From positions 3,339 to 36,450 of the forward strand of contig DBWU01000062.1 of NCBI GenBank assembly GCA_002309395.1: DNA of 33,112 nt, given 5' to 3'. Below, one piece after another: positions 24,818-33,112 of this stretch. A program made the position numbers and the translations under genes. How positions within the stretch are numbered: position 1 is the first letter of the stretch; each line of letters starts with the position of its first letter. The DNA is from Oscillospiraceae bacterium UBA1230. GTDB taxonomy: Bacteria > Bacillota > Clostridia > Oscillospirales > Oscillospiraceae. The notes under the pieces were generated by a model that saw nothing but the letters and a program-made list of their open reading frames with translations, was not told where the DNA came from and did not search any database.

Positions 24818-26098
24818 ATGGCAACGGAATTTATCGATAAGGCGCGCATCACCTGCCGCGCCGGTAACGGCGGCAACGGCGCGGTGGCGTTTCACCGGGA
24901 AAAATACGTCGCCGCCGGCGGTCCCGACGGGGGTGACGGCGGTAACGGCGGCTCCATCATTTTGCAGGTGGACGATCATATGTCCACCCTGATGGACTTT
25001 CGCTATAAGCGCAAATATACGGCGGAAAACGGCATGGACGGTCAGGGCGGCCGCAAATCCGGCAGGGACGGCGCCAGTCTCACCATCCGCGTCCCACGGG
25101 GGACGCTGGTGCGTCACGCTGAAACCGGCGAGATCATCAAGGATATGTCGGACGACGCGCCCTTCGTTTTGTGCAAGGGCGGTCGCGGCGGCTGGGGCAA
25201 CCGGCATTTTGCCACGCCTACCCGGCAAGTACCCCGGTTCGCCAAAGCCGGGCTGCCGGGGCAGAGCTACGACGTGCTGCTGGAGCTGAAGCTGCTGGCG
25301 GACGTGGGGTTGGTGGGCTTTCCCAACGTGGGGAAATCCACGCTGTTGAGCGTGGTCAGCAAGGCGCACCCCAAGATCGCCAACTATCATTTCACCACCC
25401 TCTATCCCAATCTGGGCGTGGTGTACGTGGACGAGGGCGTCAGCTTCGTGATGGCGGATATCCCCGGCATCATTGAGGGTGCCAGCGAGGGTGCCGGTCT
25501 GGGGCATGATTTCCTCCGGCACATCGACCGTTGCCGGCTTTTGGTGCATCTGGTGGATGCCTCCGGCAGCGAGGGGCGGGATCCCGTGGCGGACTTTGAC
25601 GCCATCAACGCCGAACTGCGCCGGTATAGCGCCGAGCTGGCAACAAGGACTCAGATCGTGGTCGCCAATAAGATGGATCTTGTCACCGATCCCGCGCCGG
25701 TGGAGGCGCTCCGCGCCCGCGCCGAGTCGCTGGGATATCCTTTTTTAACGCTCTCCGCCGCCTCCCATCAAGGCACGCGGGAGCTGGTGTCGCATATCGC
25801 CGCCGCGCTGTCCACCCTGCCGCCGGTGACCACCTACGCCCCGGAATACGTGGAGCGTCCGCCCCAGGTGGATCTGTCCGAGCCTCTGCATATCCAGCGT
25901 CAGGATGAAACGTGGCTGGTGGAGGGCGAATGGCTTCGCCGGTTGATGGCGAATATCAATTTTTCCGACTATGAAAGCCGGATGTATTTTGATAAACAGC
26001 TCCGTGCCTCCGGTCTTTTCGACCGTCTGGAGGAAATGGGGATCCGGGACGGGGATATCGTTTCCCTGTACGATCTGGAATTTGAATATCAGCGCTGA
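24818..26098 (+). CDS. obgE: GTPase ObgE/CgtA
   Basis: Gly-rich Obg fold (GGPDGGDGG), GFPNVGKS, YHFTTL, DIPG, NKMD and the C-terminal OCT domain. Confidence 0.97.
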   Translation: MATEFIDKARITCRAGNGGNGAVAFHREKYVAAGGPDGGDGGNGGSIILQVDDHMSTLMDFRYKRKYTAENGMDGQGGRKSGRDGASLTIRVPRGTLVRHAETGEIIKDMSDDAPFVLCKGGRGGWGNRHFATPTRQVPRFAKAGLPGQSYDVLLELKLLADVGLVGFPNVGKSTLLSVVSKAHPKIANYHFTTLYPNLGVVYVDEGVSFVMADIPGIIEGASEGAGLGHDFLRHIDRCRLLVHLVDASGSEGRDPVADFDAINAELRRYSAELATRTQIVVANKMDLVTDPAPVEALRARAESLGYPFLTLSAASHQGTRELVSHIAAALSTLPPVTTYAPEYVERPPQVDLSEPLHIQRQDETWLVEGEWLRRLMANINFSDYESRMYFDKQLRASGLFDRLEEMGIRDGDIVSLYDLEFEYQR

Positions 26099-26107
26099 AT
26101 TTCCCAT

Positions 26108-26156
26108 GTATAGCAAAACTCCTTTTCGCCAAACTAACGGCGGAAAGGAGTTTTTT
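26108..26156 (+). terminator. obgE terminator hairpin overlapping a sigma-G/F-like promoter and the RBS of the next small ORF
   Basis: AAAACTCCTTTTCGCC-N8-GGCGGAAAGGAGTTTT followed by Ts. GTATA-N17-CAAACTA is embedded in it. Confidence 0.6.
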
Positions 26157-26159
26157 ACT

Positions 26160-26336
26160 ATGTATTATCACGATCTGACCGACCTTCTCAACCACGACAG
26201 CGCCGCCTATGCCTACTTCTACTCGCTCTCTCCCAAAACGCAGGAGCAGTTACAGCGTCAGCGCCTGACCTCCATCGACCAGCTCCGCCGCGCCGTAAAG
26301 GACATGGCGTTCGACGAGCGGCCGCAGGTGTTTTGA
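26160..26336 (+). CDS. 58-aa hypothetical protein (possibly forespore-expressed)
   Basis: AAAGGAG RBS then ATG 26160; MYYHDLTDLLNHDSAAYAYFYSLSPKTQEQLQRQRLTSIDQLRRAVKDMAFDERPQVF. Confidence 0.7.
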   Translation: MYYHDLTDLLNHDSAAYAYFYSLSPKTQEQLQRQRLTSIDQLRRAVKDMAFDERPQVF

Positions 26337-26365
26337 CCCTGTCTTTTTTCCGCTGACTCCGCAAT

Positions 26366-26401
26366 AAACGCGCCGCCCTGTTTTCATAGGGCGGCGCGTT
26401 T
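26366..26401. terminator. Bidirectional terminator between the small ORF and rpmA
   Basis: AAACGCGCCGCCCT...AGGGCGGCGCGTTT. Confidence 0.75.
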
Positions 26402-26428
26402 CGTAGCGACCTGTTATTCTGATACCGC

Positions 26429-26710
26429 TTACTCCGCCGGATAGACGGAAACCTGCTTGCGGTCCTTTCCGCAGCGCTCAAAGCGCACCACGCCGTCCGC
26501 CTTGGCAAAGAGGGTATCGTCGGTTCCGATGCCTACGTTCTTGCCGGGGTGAATGTGGGTGCCGCGCTGGCGCACCAGAATATTGCCCGCCAGAACGAAC
26601 TGTCCGTCGGCGCGCTTGGGACCCAGGCGCTTGGACTCGGAATCACGGCCGTTCTTGGTGGAACCCATACCTTTTTTATGGGCAAAGAATTGCAGACCAA
26701 TGTACAGCAT
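26429..26710 (-). CDS. rpmA: 50S ribosomal protein L27 with Prp-cleaved N-terminal extension
   Basis: [30 protein letters not shown] and ILVRQRGT. Start at ATG 26710. Confidence 0.97.
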   Translation of the reverse strand: MLYIGLQFFAHKKGMGSTKNGRDSESKRLGPKRADGQFVLAGNILVRQRGTHIHPGKNVGIGTDDTLFAKADGVVRFERCGKDRKQVSVYPAE

Positions 26711-26760
26711 ACTGTCAGTACCATCCTTTCTTAAAGATGATCGAGGGACGAAGAAGGCGT

Positions 26761-27090
26761 TTACGCCTCCAGCACTTCGATGTTGTCCGGGTATTCGCCG
26801 TGGAGCTCCGCCAGATACACCATCAAACCCGTCATAAGCGCCTGGCAGGCGGCCTCCGCCGTGGGGGACAGTCCGCCGGGCAGACGGAAGGAGATGGTGC
26901 CGGAGCGTTCGTCGACTTTGACCGAGGCACAAAGACCCAGCACTTCGTTGACGGTGGCTTCCGTGAGCCGCACCGCGCTGGTCACGGCGGCGCAGACGAT
27001 GTCCGCGCCCGTTTCGGCATAGCCGCTGTGCCCCGCCGCATCAAACCCGGTGATGCGGGATTCTTCCGTGTGAAACGTTACGCTTGTCAT
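26761..27090 (-). CDS. prp: Ribosomal-processing cysteine protease Prp (YsxB)
   Basis: GHSGY...DIVCAAVT motif, located between rplU and rpmA. Confidence 0.93.
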   Translation of the reverse strand: MTSVTFHTEESRITGFDAAGHSGYAETGADIVCAAVTSAVRLTEATVNEVLGLCASVKVDERSGTISFRLPGGLSPTAEAACQALMTGLMVYLAELHGEYPDNIEVLEA

Positions 27091-27099
27091 ATTGCGCCG

Positions 27100-27411
27100 T
27101 TAAAACGTGATCTTGCCGATCTCGACCTTGGTGTAGGGCTGACGGTGACCCTGGCGTTTCCGGTAACCCTTTTTGGGGGTATACTTGAACACGCGGATCT
27201 TCTTGCCCTTACCGTTCTTGACCACCTTGGCGTCCACCTTCGCGCCCTCCACCACGGGAGTGCCGAACTTGGTGTTCTCGCCGTCCACGATGGCGAGCAC
27301 GCGGTCGAATACCACGTCGTCACCGGCTTGCGCGTCCAGCTTTTCGATGAACAGCGTATCGCCCTCGGAGACGTTGTACTGCTTGCCGCCGGTCAGAATG
27401 ATTGCCTGCAT
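27100..27411 (-). CDS. rplU: 50S ribosomal protein L21
   Basis: TGGKQY and [10 protein letters not shown] motifs. ATG 27411 gives 103 aa. Confidence 0.96.
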   Translation of the reverse strand: MQAIILTGGKQYNVSEGDTLFIEKLDAQAGDDVVFDRVLAIVDGENTKFGTPVVEGAKVDAKVVKNGKGKKIRVFKYTPKKGYRKRQGHRQPYTKVEIGKITF

Positions 27412-27437
27412 ACCTTGTTGCACCTGCCTTTCCTTTA

Positions 27438-27503
27438 TTACGGACTCGCTGTCGGGGGCGGTCAGACAGAGCTGACGCTTATTTGCCCATTCAAAGCGGC
27501 TCG
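27438..27503 (-). promoter_or_regulatory. Probable L21 ribosomal-protein leader RNA
   Basis: 5' UTR of rplU with CCGCCCCC...GCGAGTCC resembling Firmicutes L21 leaders. Recognised from memory; covariance not tested. Confidence 0.5.
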
Positions 27504-27506
27504 TAT

Positions 27507-27535
27507 ATTTTATCAGTCCACGTTCCGTTTGTCAA
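27507..27535 (-). promoter_or_regulatory. Sigma-A promoter of rplU-prp-rpmA
   Basis: Minus strand TTGACA-N17-TAAAAT. Confidence 0.75.
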
Positions 27536-27672
27536 CAGTAAAATCACAAAAAAGACAGCTTTTTGTCTCTCCTTCTCCCGCGTCTCTTGCAAGTGATGGG
27601 AAAAAGTGTTATACTGCACAGGTGCAGAAAACCGCCGCCTGCCAGACGGCGGCGTGAAAGGAGAATCCTGCC

Positions 27673-28110
27673 ATGCTGTCCCTTCGTGCCATGACCCCTG
27701 CGGACGCCACCGCCGTGAAAGAGATGATGCGCGTTTTTTACGCGTCTGACGCGGTGATGACAAACGGTTCGGACGAGATTTTTGACGCCGATATTGCCGC
27801 GTGTACCGGCGACAGTCCCTTTGCCGACGGGTTTATTCTTCTCCATGACGGACAAACAGCCGGCTATGGCATGATTGCCCACAGTTTCAGCACCGAATTT
27901 GGTCGGCGCTGCGTGTGGATTGAGGACATTTACGTTCTGCCGGCGCATCGGGGCTGCGGTCTTGCCTCGTTTTTCATTCGCCATCTCCAAGCGTGCTATC
28001 CTGACGCCGTGTTTCGCCTGGAAGCGGAGGAGGAAAATGAAAACGCCATCTCCGTGTACCGCCGCGCCGGATTTGACGCGCTCCCCTACTACGAAATGCT
28101 CTGCCGCTAA
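27673..28110 (+). CDS. GNAT family N-acetyltransferase
   Basis: WIEDIYVLPAHRGCGLAS acetyl-CoA motif and NENAISVYRRAGF. AGGAG RBS and TTGCAA-N17-TATACT promoter at 27587-27615. Confidence 0.88.
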   Translation: MLSLRAMTPADATAVKEMMRVFYASDAVMTNGSDEIFDADIAACTGDSPFADGFILLHDGQTAGYGMIAHSFSTEFGRRCVWIEDIYVLPAHRGCGLASFFIRHLQACYPDAVFRLEAEEENENAISVYRRAGFDALPYYEMLCR

Positions 28111-28138
28111 GCGCCCCCCATTTTGGCTTGTATGCGTC

Positions 28139-28172
28139 AAAAAAACGCCGACTCGCGTGAGTCGGCGTTTTT
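28139..28172. terminator. Bidirectional terminator between the GNAT gene and rny
   Basis: AAAAAAAACGCCGACTC-GCGT-GAGTCGGCGTTTTT. Confidence 0.82.
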
Positions 28173-28180
28173 CTCTTTTT

Positions 28181-29737
28181 TTACTTGGCGTACTCCACGA
28201 CTTTGGTCTCACGCAGAACGTGGACTTTGATCTGTCCGGGGTACTCCAGCTCGTTTTCGATCCGCTTGGCAAGCTCACGGGCCAGGATCACCATTTCGTC
28301 CTCGCTGACCTGGTCGGGGCGCACCATCACGCGCACCTCGCGGCCGGCCTGGATGGCGTAGCTCTTTTCCACGCCGGGATAGGTACCGGTGATCTCCTCC
28401 AGCTTCTCCAGACGCTTGATATAGTTCTCCAGATTCTCGCGCCGTGCGCCGGGGCGGGCGGCGGAGATCGCGTCAGCCGCCTGCACGAGACAGGCGACCA
28501 GTGTCTTGCACTCCACGTCGCCGTGGTGCGCCTGCACCGCGTGGATGATGTCCTCTTTCTCTTTGTACTTACGCAGATACTCCACGCCCAGCGCCACGTG
28601 GGTGCCTTCAAACTCGTGGTCCAGCGCCTTGCCGATATCGTGCAGAAGACCTGCCCGTTTGGCGGCGTGTACGTCGGCGCCCAGCTCCGCCGCCATCATG
28701 CCGGCGATATGGCTGACCTCAATGGAGTGCTGCAGCACGTTCTGTCCGTAGCTGGTGCGGTAATGGAGCTTACCCAGCAGCTTCTGCAGTTCCGGGTGCA
28801 GGCTCCGCACGCCGGTTTCCAGCACGGCGCGTTCGCCCTCGCTGCGGATCACGGCGTCCACTTCCCGGCGGGCCTTCTCCACCATCTCCTCGATGTGGGT
28901 GGGGTGGATGCGTCCGTCGGCGATCAGCTTCTCCAGCGCCACCCGGGCGATCTCCCGGCGCACCGGCTCGAAGCAGGACACGGTGATGGCTTCCGGCGTA
29001 TCGTCGATGATCAGATCGGCGCCGGTCAGCGTCTCGATGGTACGGATATTGCGTCCCTCGCGGCCGATAATGCGCCCTTTCATCTCGTCATTGGGCAGGG
29101 GAACCACACTGACGGTGATCTCGGCGGCATGATCGGTAGCGCACCGCTGGATGGCGGTGGCGACGATGTCGCGGGCGCGCTGGTCGGCTTCCTCTCTGGC
29201 GCGCGCTTCGATTTCCTTGATCTTCAGCGCCGCCTCGTGGGTCACTTCCGACTCCAACTGCTCGATCAGATAGGCTTTCGCCTGTTCGGCAGTATAGCCG
29301 GAAATCCGCTCCAGCATTTCGGTCTGACTGCGCTTGATGAGCCGGATCTCCTCCTGCTCCTTATCCAGCGCGGCGTGCTTTTCAGCCAACAGCTCCTCTT
29401 TGTGCTCGATGGCTTCGGTCTTACGGTCGATGTTCTCCTCTTTTTGCTGCAACCGGCGTTCCTGCTTTTGCAGGTCGGCGCGGCGCTCCTTGACTTCCTT
29501 CTCGTATTCATTCCGGGAGCGCAGGATCTCCTCCTTGGCTTCCACCAAAGCTTCCCGCTTTTTGCTCTCGGCAGTCTTGATGGCATCGTTGACGATGCGC
29601 AATGCTTCCTCCTCGGCGTTGGCGATCTTCCGCTCGTTGCCTTTCGCCCTTTGCCGCTGGATGAGAATACAAGCGAGGTAGCCAACCACAAGCGCCGCGG
29701 CCGCCATTGCGATGGCGATCCACAGATCCATTGTCAT
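28181..29737 (-). CDS. rny: Ribonuclease Y
   Basis: N-terminal TM, coiled coil, KH domain ([13 protein letters not shown]), HD domain ([15 protein letters not shown]) and [11 protein letters not shown]. Start is 29737 or 29731. Confidence 0.97.
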   Translation of the reverse strand: MTMDLWIAIAMAAAALVVGYLACILIQRQRAKGNERKIANAEEEALRIVNDAIKTAESKKREALVEAKEEILRSRNEYEKEVKERRADLQKQERRLQQKEENIDRKTEAIEHKEELLAEKHAALDKEQEEIRLIKRSQTEMLERISGYTAEQAKAYLIEQLESEVTHEAALKIKEIEARAREEADQRARDIVATAIQRCATDHAAEITVSVVPLPNDEMKGRIIGREGRNIRTIETLTGADLIIDDTPEAITVSCFEPVRREIARVALEKLIADGRIHPTHIEEMVEKARREVDAVIRSEGERAVLETGVRSLHPELQKLLGKLHYRTSYGQNVLQHSIEVSHIAGMMAAELGADVHAAKRAGLLHDIGKALDHEFEGTHVALGVEYLRKYKEKEDIIHAVQAHHGDVECKTLVACLVQAADAISAARPGARRENLENYIKRLEKLEEITGTYPGVEKSYAIQAGREVRVMVRPDQVSEDEMVILARELAKRIENELEYPGQIKVHVLRETKVVEYAK

Positions 29738-29840
29738 TGGTCTCCTCTCAACAGTTTGGTGTATCACGACGGTTTTTTCCGTGTGTCGATAGAAAATAAT
29801 CGAACGGGTCCCCTAACCTATTCAATAATAATCCTCGTCT

Positions 29841-29869
29841 ATTTTATACGCTATGCACAAACCTGTCAA
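29841..29869 (-). promoter_or_regulatory. Sigma-A promoter of rny
   Basis: Minus strand TTGACA-N17-TAAAAT. Confidence 0.7.
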
Positions 29870-29907
29870 GCATAAAGCGATAAATTTGCGAAAACCTGCC
29901 AACACCG

Positions 29908-31494
29908 TCAGCGCGCCGGCCCCGATACGATGCGCTCCGCCGCGCGCATTCCGTCCGCCGCGGCGGAGAGGATACCGCCGGCGTATCCGGCGCCCTCGCC
30001 GCAGGGATACAGTCCCCGCAACCGGCTCTCGCCCTCTTCGTTTCGCAAGATCCGCACCGGTGAGGAGGAGCGGCTCTCCACCGCTGTCAACAGCGCGTCG
30101 CCCCGGGCAAAGCCCGGCAGCTTCCGTGCCAGAAGCGGCAGCGCCTCGGCGATACTTTCCGCCACGAAGGGCGGCAGGCATCGGCGCAAGTCGGTATAGA
30201 CCACGCCCGGACGGTACGAGGGCAGTACGCGCCCCGGCGCCGTGGACGGTCTTCCGGCGAGGAAATCCTCCACGCGCTGACACGGCGCGCGGTAATCGCC
30301 GCCGCCCAGCGCAAACGCATCCCGTTCCAACCGGCGCTGGAACGCCACGCCTGCCAGCGGATCCGTACCGCCGAAATCCTCCGGCGTCACGTTCACCAGC
30401 AGGGCGCCGTTGCAGTTCTCCCCGTCACGGGCGTATTCGCTCATGCCGTTGGTCACCACGCCGCCCTGCTCCGACGATGACGCCACCACCGCGCCGCCGG
30501 GACAGACGCAGAAGGAAAACACACTGCGCCCCGACGGCAGATGACACGCCAGCTTATAGGAAGCCGCCCCCAGACACGGATGGGAGGCGAAATCGTGGTA
30601 CCGCGCCGCGTCGATATCCGCCTGGCGGTGCTCGATCCGCACGCCCACGGCAAACGGCTTCGCCTCCATCGGCACGCCGAGCTGATACAGCATGGAAAAC
30701 GTATCCCTCGCGCTATGTCCCGGCGAGAGCACCACCTGCCTGGCGGGCAGGGTGTAGCGCCCCTCCGGCGCGGTGATCTCCAGCGCGTCTACGGCGCCGC
30801 CTCTGACCGTGATGCCGTCCAGCCGGTGGCAAAACCGGATCTCCGCGCCGTACTCCGTCAGCGTGCGGCGGAGGTTTTGCAGCGTGAGATACAGCCGGTC
30901 GGTGCCGACGTGGGGCATGGCGTCCGTCAAAATAGACGCGGGCGCGCCGCACTGCACCAACTGCTCCAGGATCCAGCGGTGTCGCATATCACGGGTGCCG
31001 GTATTCAGTTTCCCGTCGGAAAAAGCGCCGGCGCCGCCTTCCCCGAACTGCACGTTGGACTCCGTGGAAAGCGCGCCGCCGCCCCAGAAAGCCAGCACGT
31101 CCCGTCGGCGCTGTTCCACGCGTTCGCCCCGTTCCAGCAGGATCGGGCGCAGACCGCACCGCGCCAGTACCAGCGTGGCAAACAGCCCCGCAGGTCCCGC
31201 GCCCACCACCACCGGGCGTATCTCTCCCGGCGCGGCGCCCACAGGCAGGGCGTACTCCTCCGGCGCGTAGAGCGATACGCGCCGGTCCGGGCGGCGCAGG
31301 ATGCGTCCCTCGTCCGGCACGCTCACCGCCACGGTGTATACCAGCTCCACGCCGGCGCGTGCGTCCACAGCGCGACGCAGTACGGTCAAAGACCGGATCT
31401 CCTCCGGCGCCACGCGCAGGATTCGGGCGGCGCGCAGGCGCAGCAGATCTTCCGGCTCGTCCGGCGGCAACCGGAGCTGATCGACTCGCAGCAT
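29908..31494 (-). CDS. Uncharacterised FAD-dependent oxidoreductase (COG2509-like)
   Basis: VVGAGPAG, FGEGGAGAFSDGKL, GHSARD, FCVCPGG and GEGAGYAGGI motifs. ATG 31494 behind GGAGG. Confidence 0.88.
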   Translation of the reverse strand: MLRVDQLRLPPDEPEDLLRLRAARILRVAPEEIRSLTVLRRAVDARAGVELVYTVAVSVPDEGRILRRPDRRVSLYAPEEYALPVGAAPGEIRPVVVGAGPAGLFATLVLARCGLRPILLERGERVEQRRRDVLAFWGGGALSTESNVQFGEGGAGAFSDGKLNTGTRDMRHRWILEQLVQCGAPASILTDAMPHVGTDRLYLTLQNLRRTLTEYGAEIRFCHRLDGITVRGGAVDALEITAPEGRYTLPARQVVLSPGHSARDTFSMLYQLGVPMEAKPFAVGVRIEHRQADIDAARYHDFASHPCLGAASYKLACHLPSGRSVFSFCVCPGGAVVASSSEQGGVVTNGMSEYARDGENCNGALLVNVTPEDFGGTDPLAGVAFQRRLERDAFALGGGDYRAPCQRVEDFLAGRPSTAPGRVLPSYRPGVVYTDLRRCLPPFVAESIAEALPLLARKLPGFARGDALLTAVESRSSSPVRILRNEEGESRLRGLYPCGEGAGYAGGILSAAADGMRAAERIVSGPAR

Positions 31495-31536
31495 CGTTTT
31501 TCCTCCGTTCAAAAAAAACAAAAAAACTTTTGCTTT

Positions 31537-31568
31537 TTTAAGATTGTTTTAAGATTGGTGATTATGAT
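31537..31568 (+). promoter_or_regulatory. OmpR-family response-regulator direct repeat plus -10 box upstream of htrA
   Basis: TTTAAG-N5-TTTAAG (31537-31553), then TATGAT 9 nt downstream. Confidence 0.6.
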
Positions 31569-31663
31569 AATACTTACAAAGGGACACGCGGCGCGGTGTC
31601 AGGCACATGATACCATACTCCGTCCGCCGCCACAAGTACCATCACAGGAAAAGAGGAATCTAT

Positions 31664-33007
31664 ATGACGAACGAATTTGACCCCCGGTCCAACGAGTATC
31701 ACTTCACCCGTGAGGAAGGACTGCCGCGTGACGACTACCGCGGCTACTATACCCCCGCCGCTCCGGCAGAGAGCGCCAAACCCCCGAAACGCCGCGTCTG
31801 GCGCGTGGCGGCGCTGGTGCTGGCGGCCGTACTGCTGGCAGGCGCCTGCGGTTACGGCGGCGCGGCGCTCTACCGCTCCGTCTCTGTCGGCGCCAAGACC
31901 GCCACGGTGCAGCAGAGCAGCCGCGAGGCGGTACAGGTCTCCGTCAAACGGGTAGACGGTCAGACCCAGATGACCCCCTCCGAGGTATACGCCGCCACCG
32001 TCAATTCCGTGGTATCCATCAACTGCTCCGCCACCTCCACCAACGTGTTCGGTCAGCGGGTGGAGAGCGCCTCCTCCGGCAGCGGCTTTATCATCACCGC
32101 CGACGGGTATATCGTCACCAACTACCACGTGATCTCCGGCGCCGCCTCCATCTCCGTCACCCTCTATAACGGCGACACCTACACCGCCTCGCTGGTAGGC
32201 GGCGACAGCGACTACGATACCGCCGTTTTGAAGATCGAAGCCACCGGCTTGAGCGCCGTAACGCTGGGCAGCAACGCCGACATGAACGTGGGCGACACGG
32301 TGCTGGCGATCGGCAACCCTCTGGGCGAGCTGACCTTCTCCATGAGTCAGGGCATCGTGTCCTGCCTCGACCGCGCCATCAACGTGGACGGCACGCCGTT
32401 CAATATGATCCAGGTGGACTGCTCCATCAACCCCGGTAACTCCGGCGGTCCGCTGGTAAACCTCTACGGCGAGGTGGTGGGCATCGTCTCCGCCAAGTAT
32501 TCCAGCTATTCCTCCACCACCGTGGAAGGTCTTGGCTTTGCCATCCCCATGGATGACGTGCAGACGGTGATCACCGATATCATGGAAAACGGCGAGGTAT
32601 CCGACAAGGCGTATCTGGCGATCAACGCCGGCACCCTCACCGAGTCCATGGCGGCGCAGTACGGCATTGACATCACCAAGGGCGTGTTCGTATTCTCCAG
32701 CATCGCCGGCGGCGCGGGCGAAAAGGCCGGTTTGAAGCTGGGCGACGTGATCACCAAGGTAGATGACACGGAGATCACCTCCATGGAGGATCTCAGCCGC
32801 GCCAAGAAGAGCTATAAGGCGGGCGACACCGCCACGCTCACCGTGTATCGGGAACGGCAGTATATCACGCTGACCATCACCTTTGACGCCCAGCCTCAGG
32901 TCACCGGCTCCGCCGAGGAGACGCCCGATAACGGCGGCGGCAACAGCCAGATCCCGAACAACTGGGAGGATTTCTACAACTATTTCTTCGGTAACCGCGG
33001 CTGGTAA
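31664..33007 (+). CDS. htrA: HtrA/DegP-family membrane-anchored serine protease with PDZ domain
   Basis: TM helix, SGSGFII, TNYHV (His), DTAVLK (Asp), INPGNSGGPL (Ser) and one PDZ domain. ATG 31664 behind AGAGG. Confidence 0.92.
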   Translation: MTNEFDPRSNEYHFTREEGLPRDDYRGYYTPAAPAESAKPPKRRVWRVAALVLAAVLLAGACGYGGAALYRSVSVGAKTATVQQSSREAVQVSVKRVDGQTQMTPSEVYAATVNSVVSINCSATSTNVFGQRVESASSGSGFIITADGYIVTNYHVISGAASISVTLYNGDTYTASLVGGDSDYDTAVLKIEATGLSAVTLGSNADMNVGDTVLAIGNPLGELTFSMSQGIVSCLDRAINVDGTPFNMIQVDCSINPGNSGGPLVNLYGEVVGIVSAKYSSYSSTTVEGLGFAIPMDDVQTVITDIMENGEVSDKAYLAINAGTLTESMAAQYGIDITKGVFVFSSIAGGAGEKAGLKLGDVITKVDDTEITSMEDLSRAKKSYKAGDTATLTVYRERQYITLTITFDAQPQVTGSAEETPDNGGGNSQIPNNWEDFYNYFFGNRGW

Positions 33008-33023
33008 GCAACGCCTTTTCCGC

Positions 33024-33061
33024 CGTCCCCCGTCCCGTTTCCGGACGGGGGACGTTTTTTT
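33024..33061 (+). terminator. Intrinsic terminator after htrA
   Basis: CGTCCCCCGTCC...GGACGGGGGACG followed by a T-tract. Confidence 0.85.
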
Positions 33062-33112
33062 GCCGGAGGCGACCACTTGCGCTTTGATGCGGAAAATGGT
33101 ATAATTTCGGGT

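Noticed and set aside
27875-29875. 666-aa plus-strand ORF
   Set aside because: Antisense shadow of rny in high-GC DNA, with no recognisable motifs
31574-33076. 500-aa minus-strand ORF
   Set aside because: Antisense shadow of htrA

Overview
GC-rich chromosomal segment of a Bacillota (Clostridia, Oscillospiraceae-like by gene content; inference). About 19.5 kb (3354-22833) is a cobamide (vitamin B12) island. On the minus strand, an 11-gene translationally coupled anaerobic corrin-ring operon (cbiD-F-G-H-J-ET-A-B-cobD-cbiP-cbiC) sits behind a compact class-II-like cobalamin riboswitch. Divergent from it are two plus-strand units, each behind a larger cobalamin riboswitch. They encode a lipoprotein-anchored CbiK cobaltochelatase, a BtuFCD-like ABC importer and three exported proteins (a lipoprotein, a C-terminally membrane-anchored protein and an SPNTG sortase substrate). 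These three share copies of a NEAT-like domain (DGxY...MF...FxxP...WY), which suggests an Isd-like cell-wall relay for corrinoid or tetrapyrrole capture; this is the most interesting candidate system. The flanks are housekeeping: tRNA-Ser(GGA), a tRNA 3' fragment at the edge, an RsiV/DUF3298-like gene, yihY-trkA, tmcAL, a 56-aa Cys-rich ORF missing from the ORF track, obgE (inverted relative to rplU-prp-rpmA), a GNAT, rny, an FAD oxidoreductase and htrA with a CiaR-like direct repeat. No CRISPR array, integrase or transposase was seen. All family calls are from motif recognition, not database searches.
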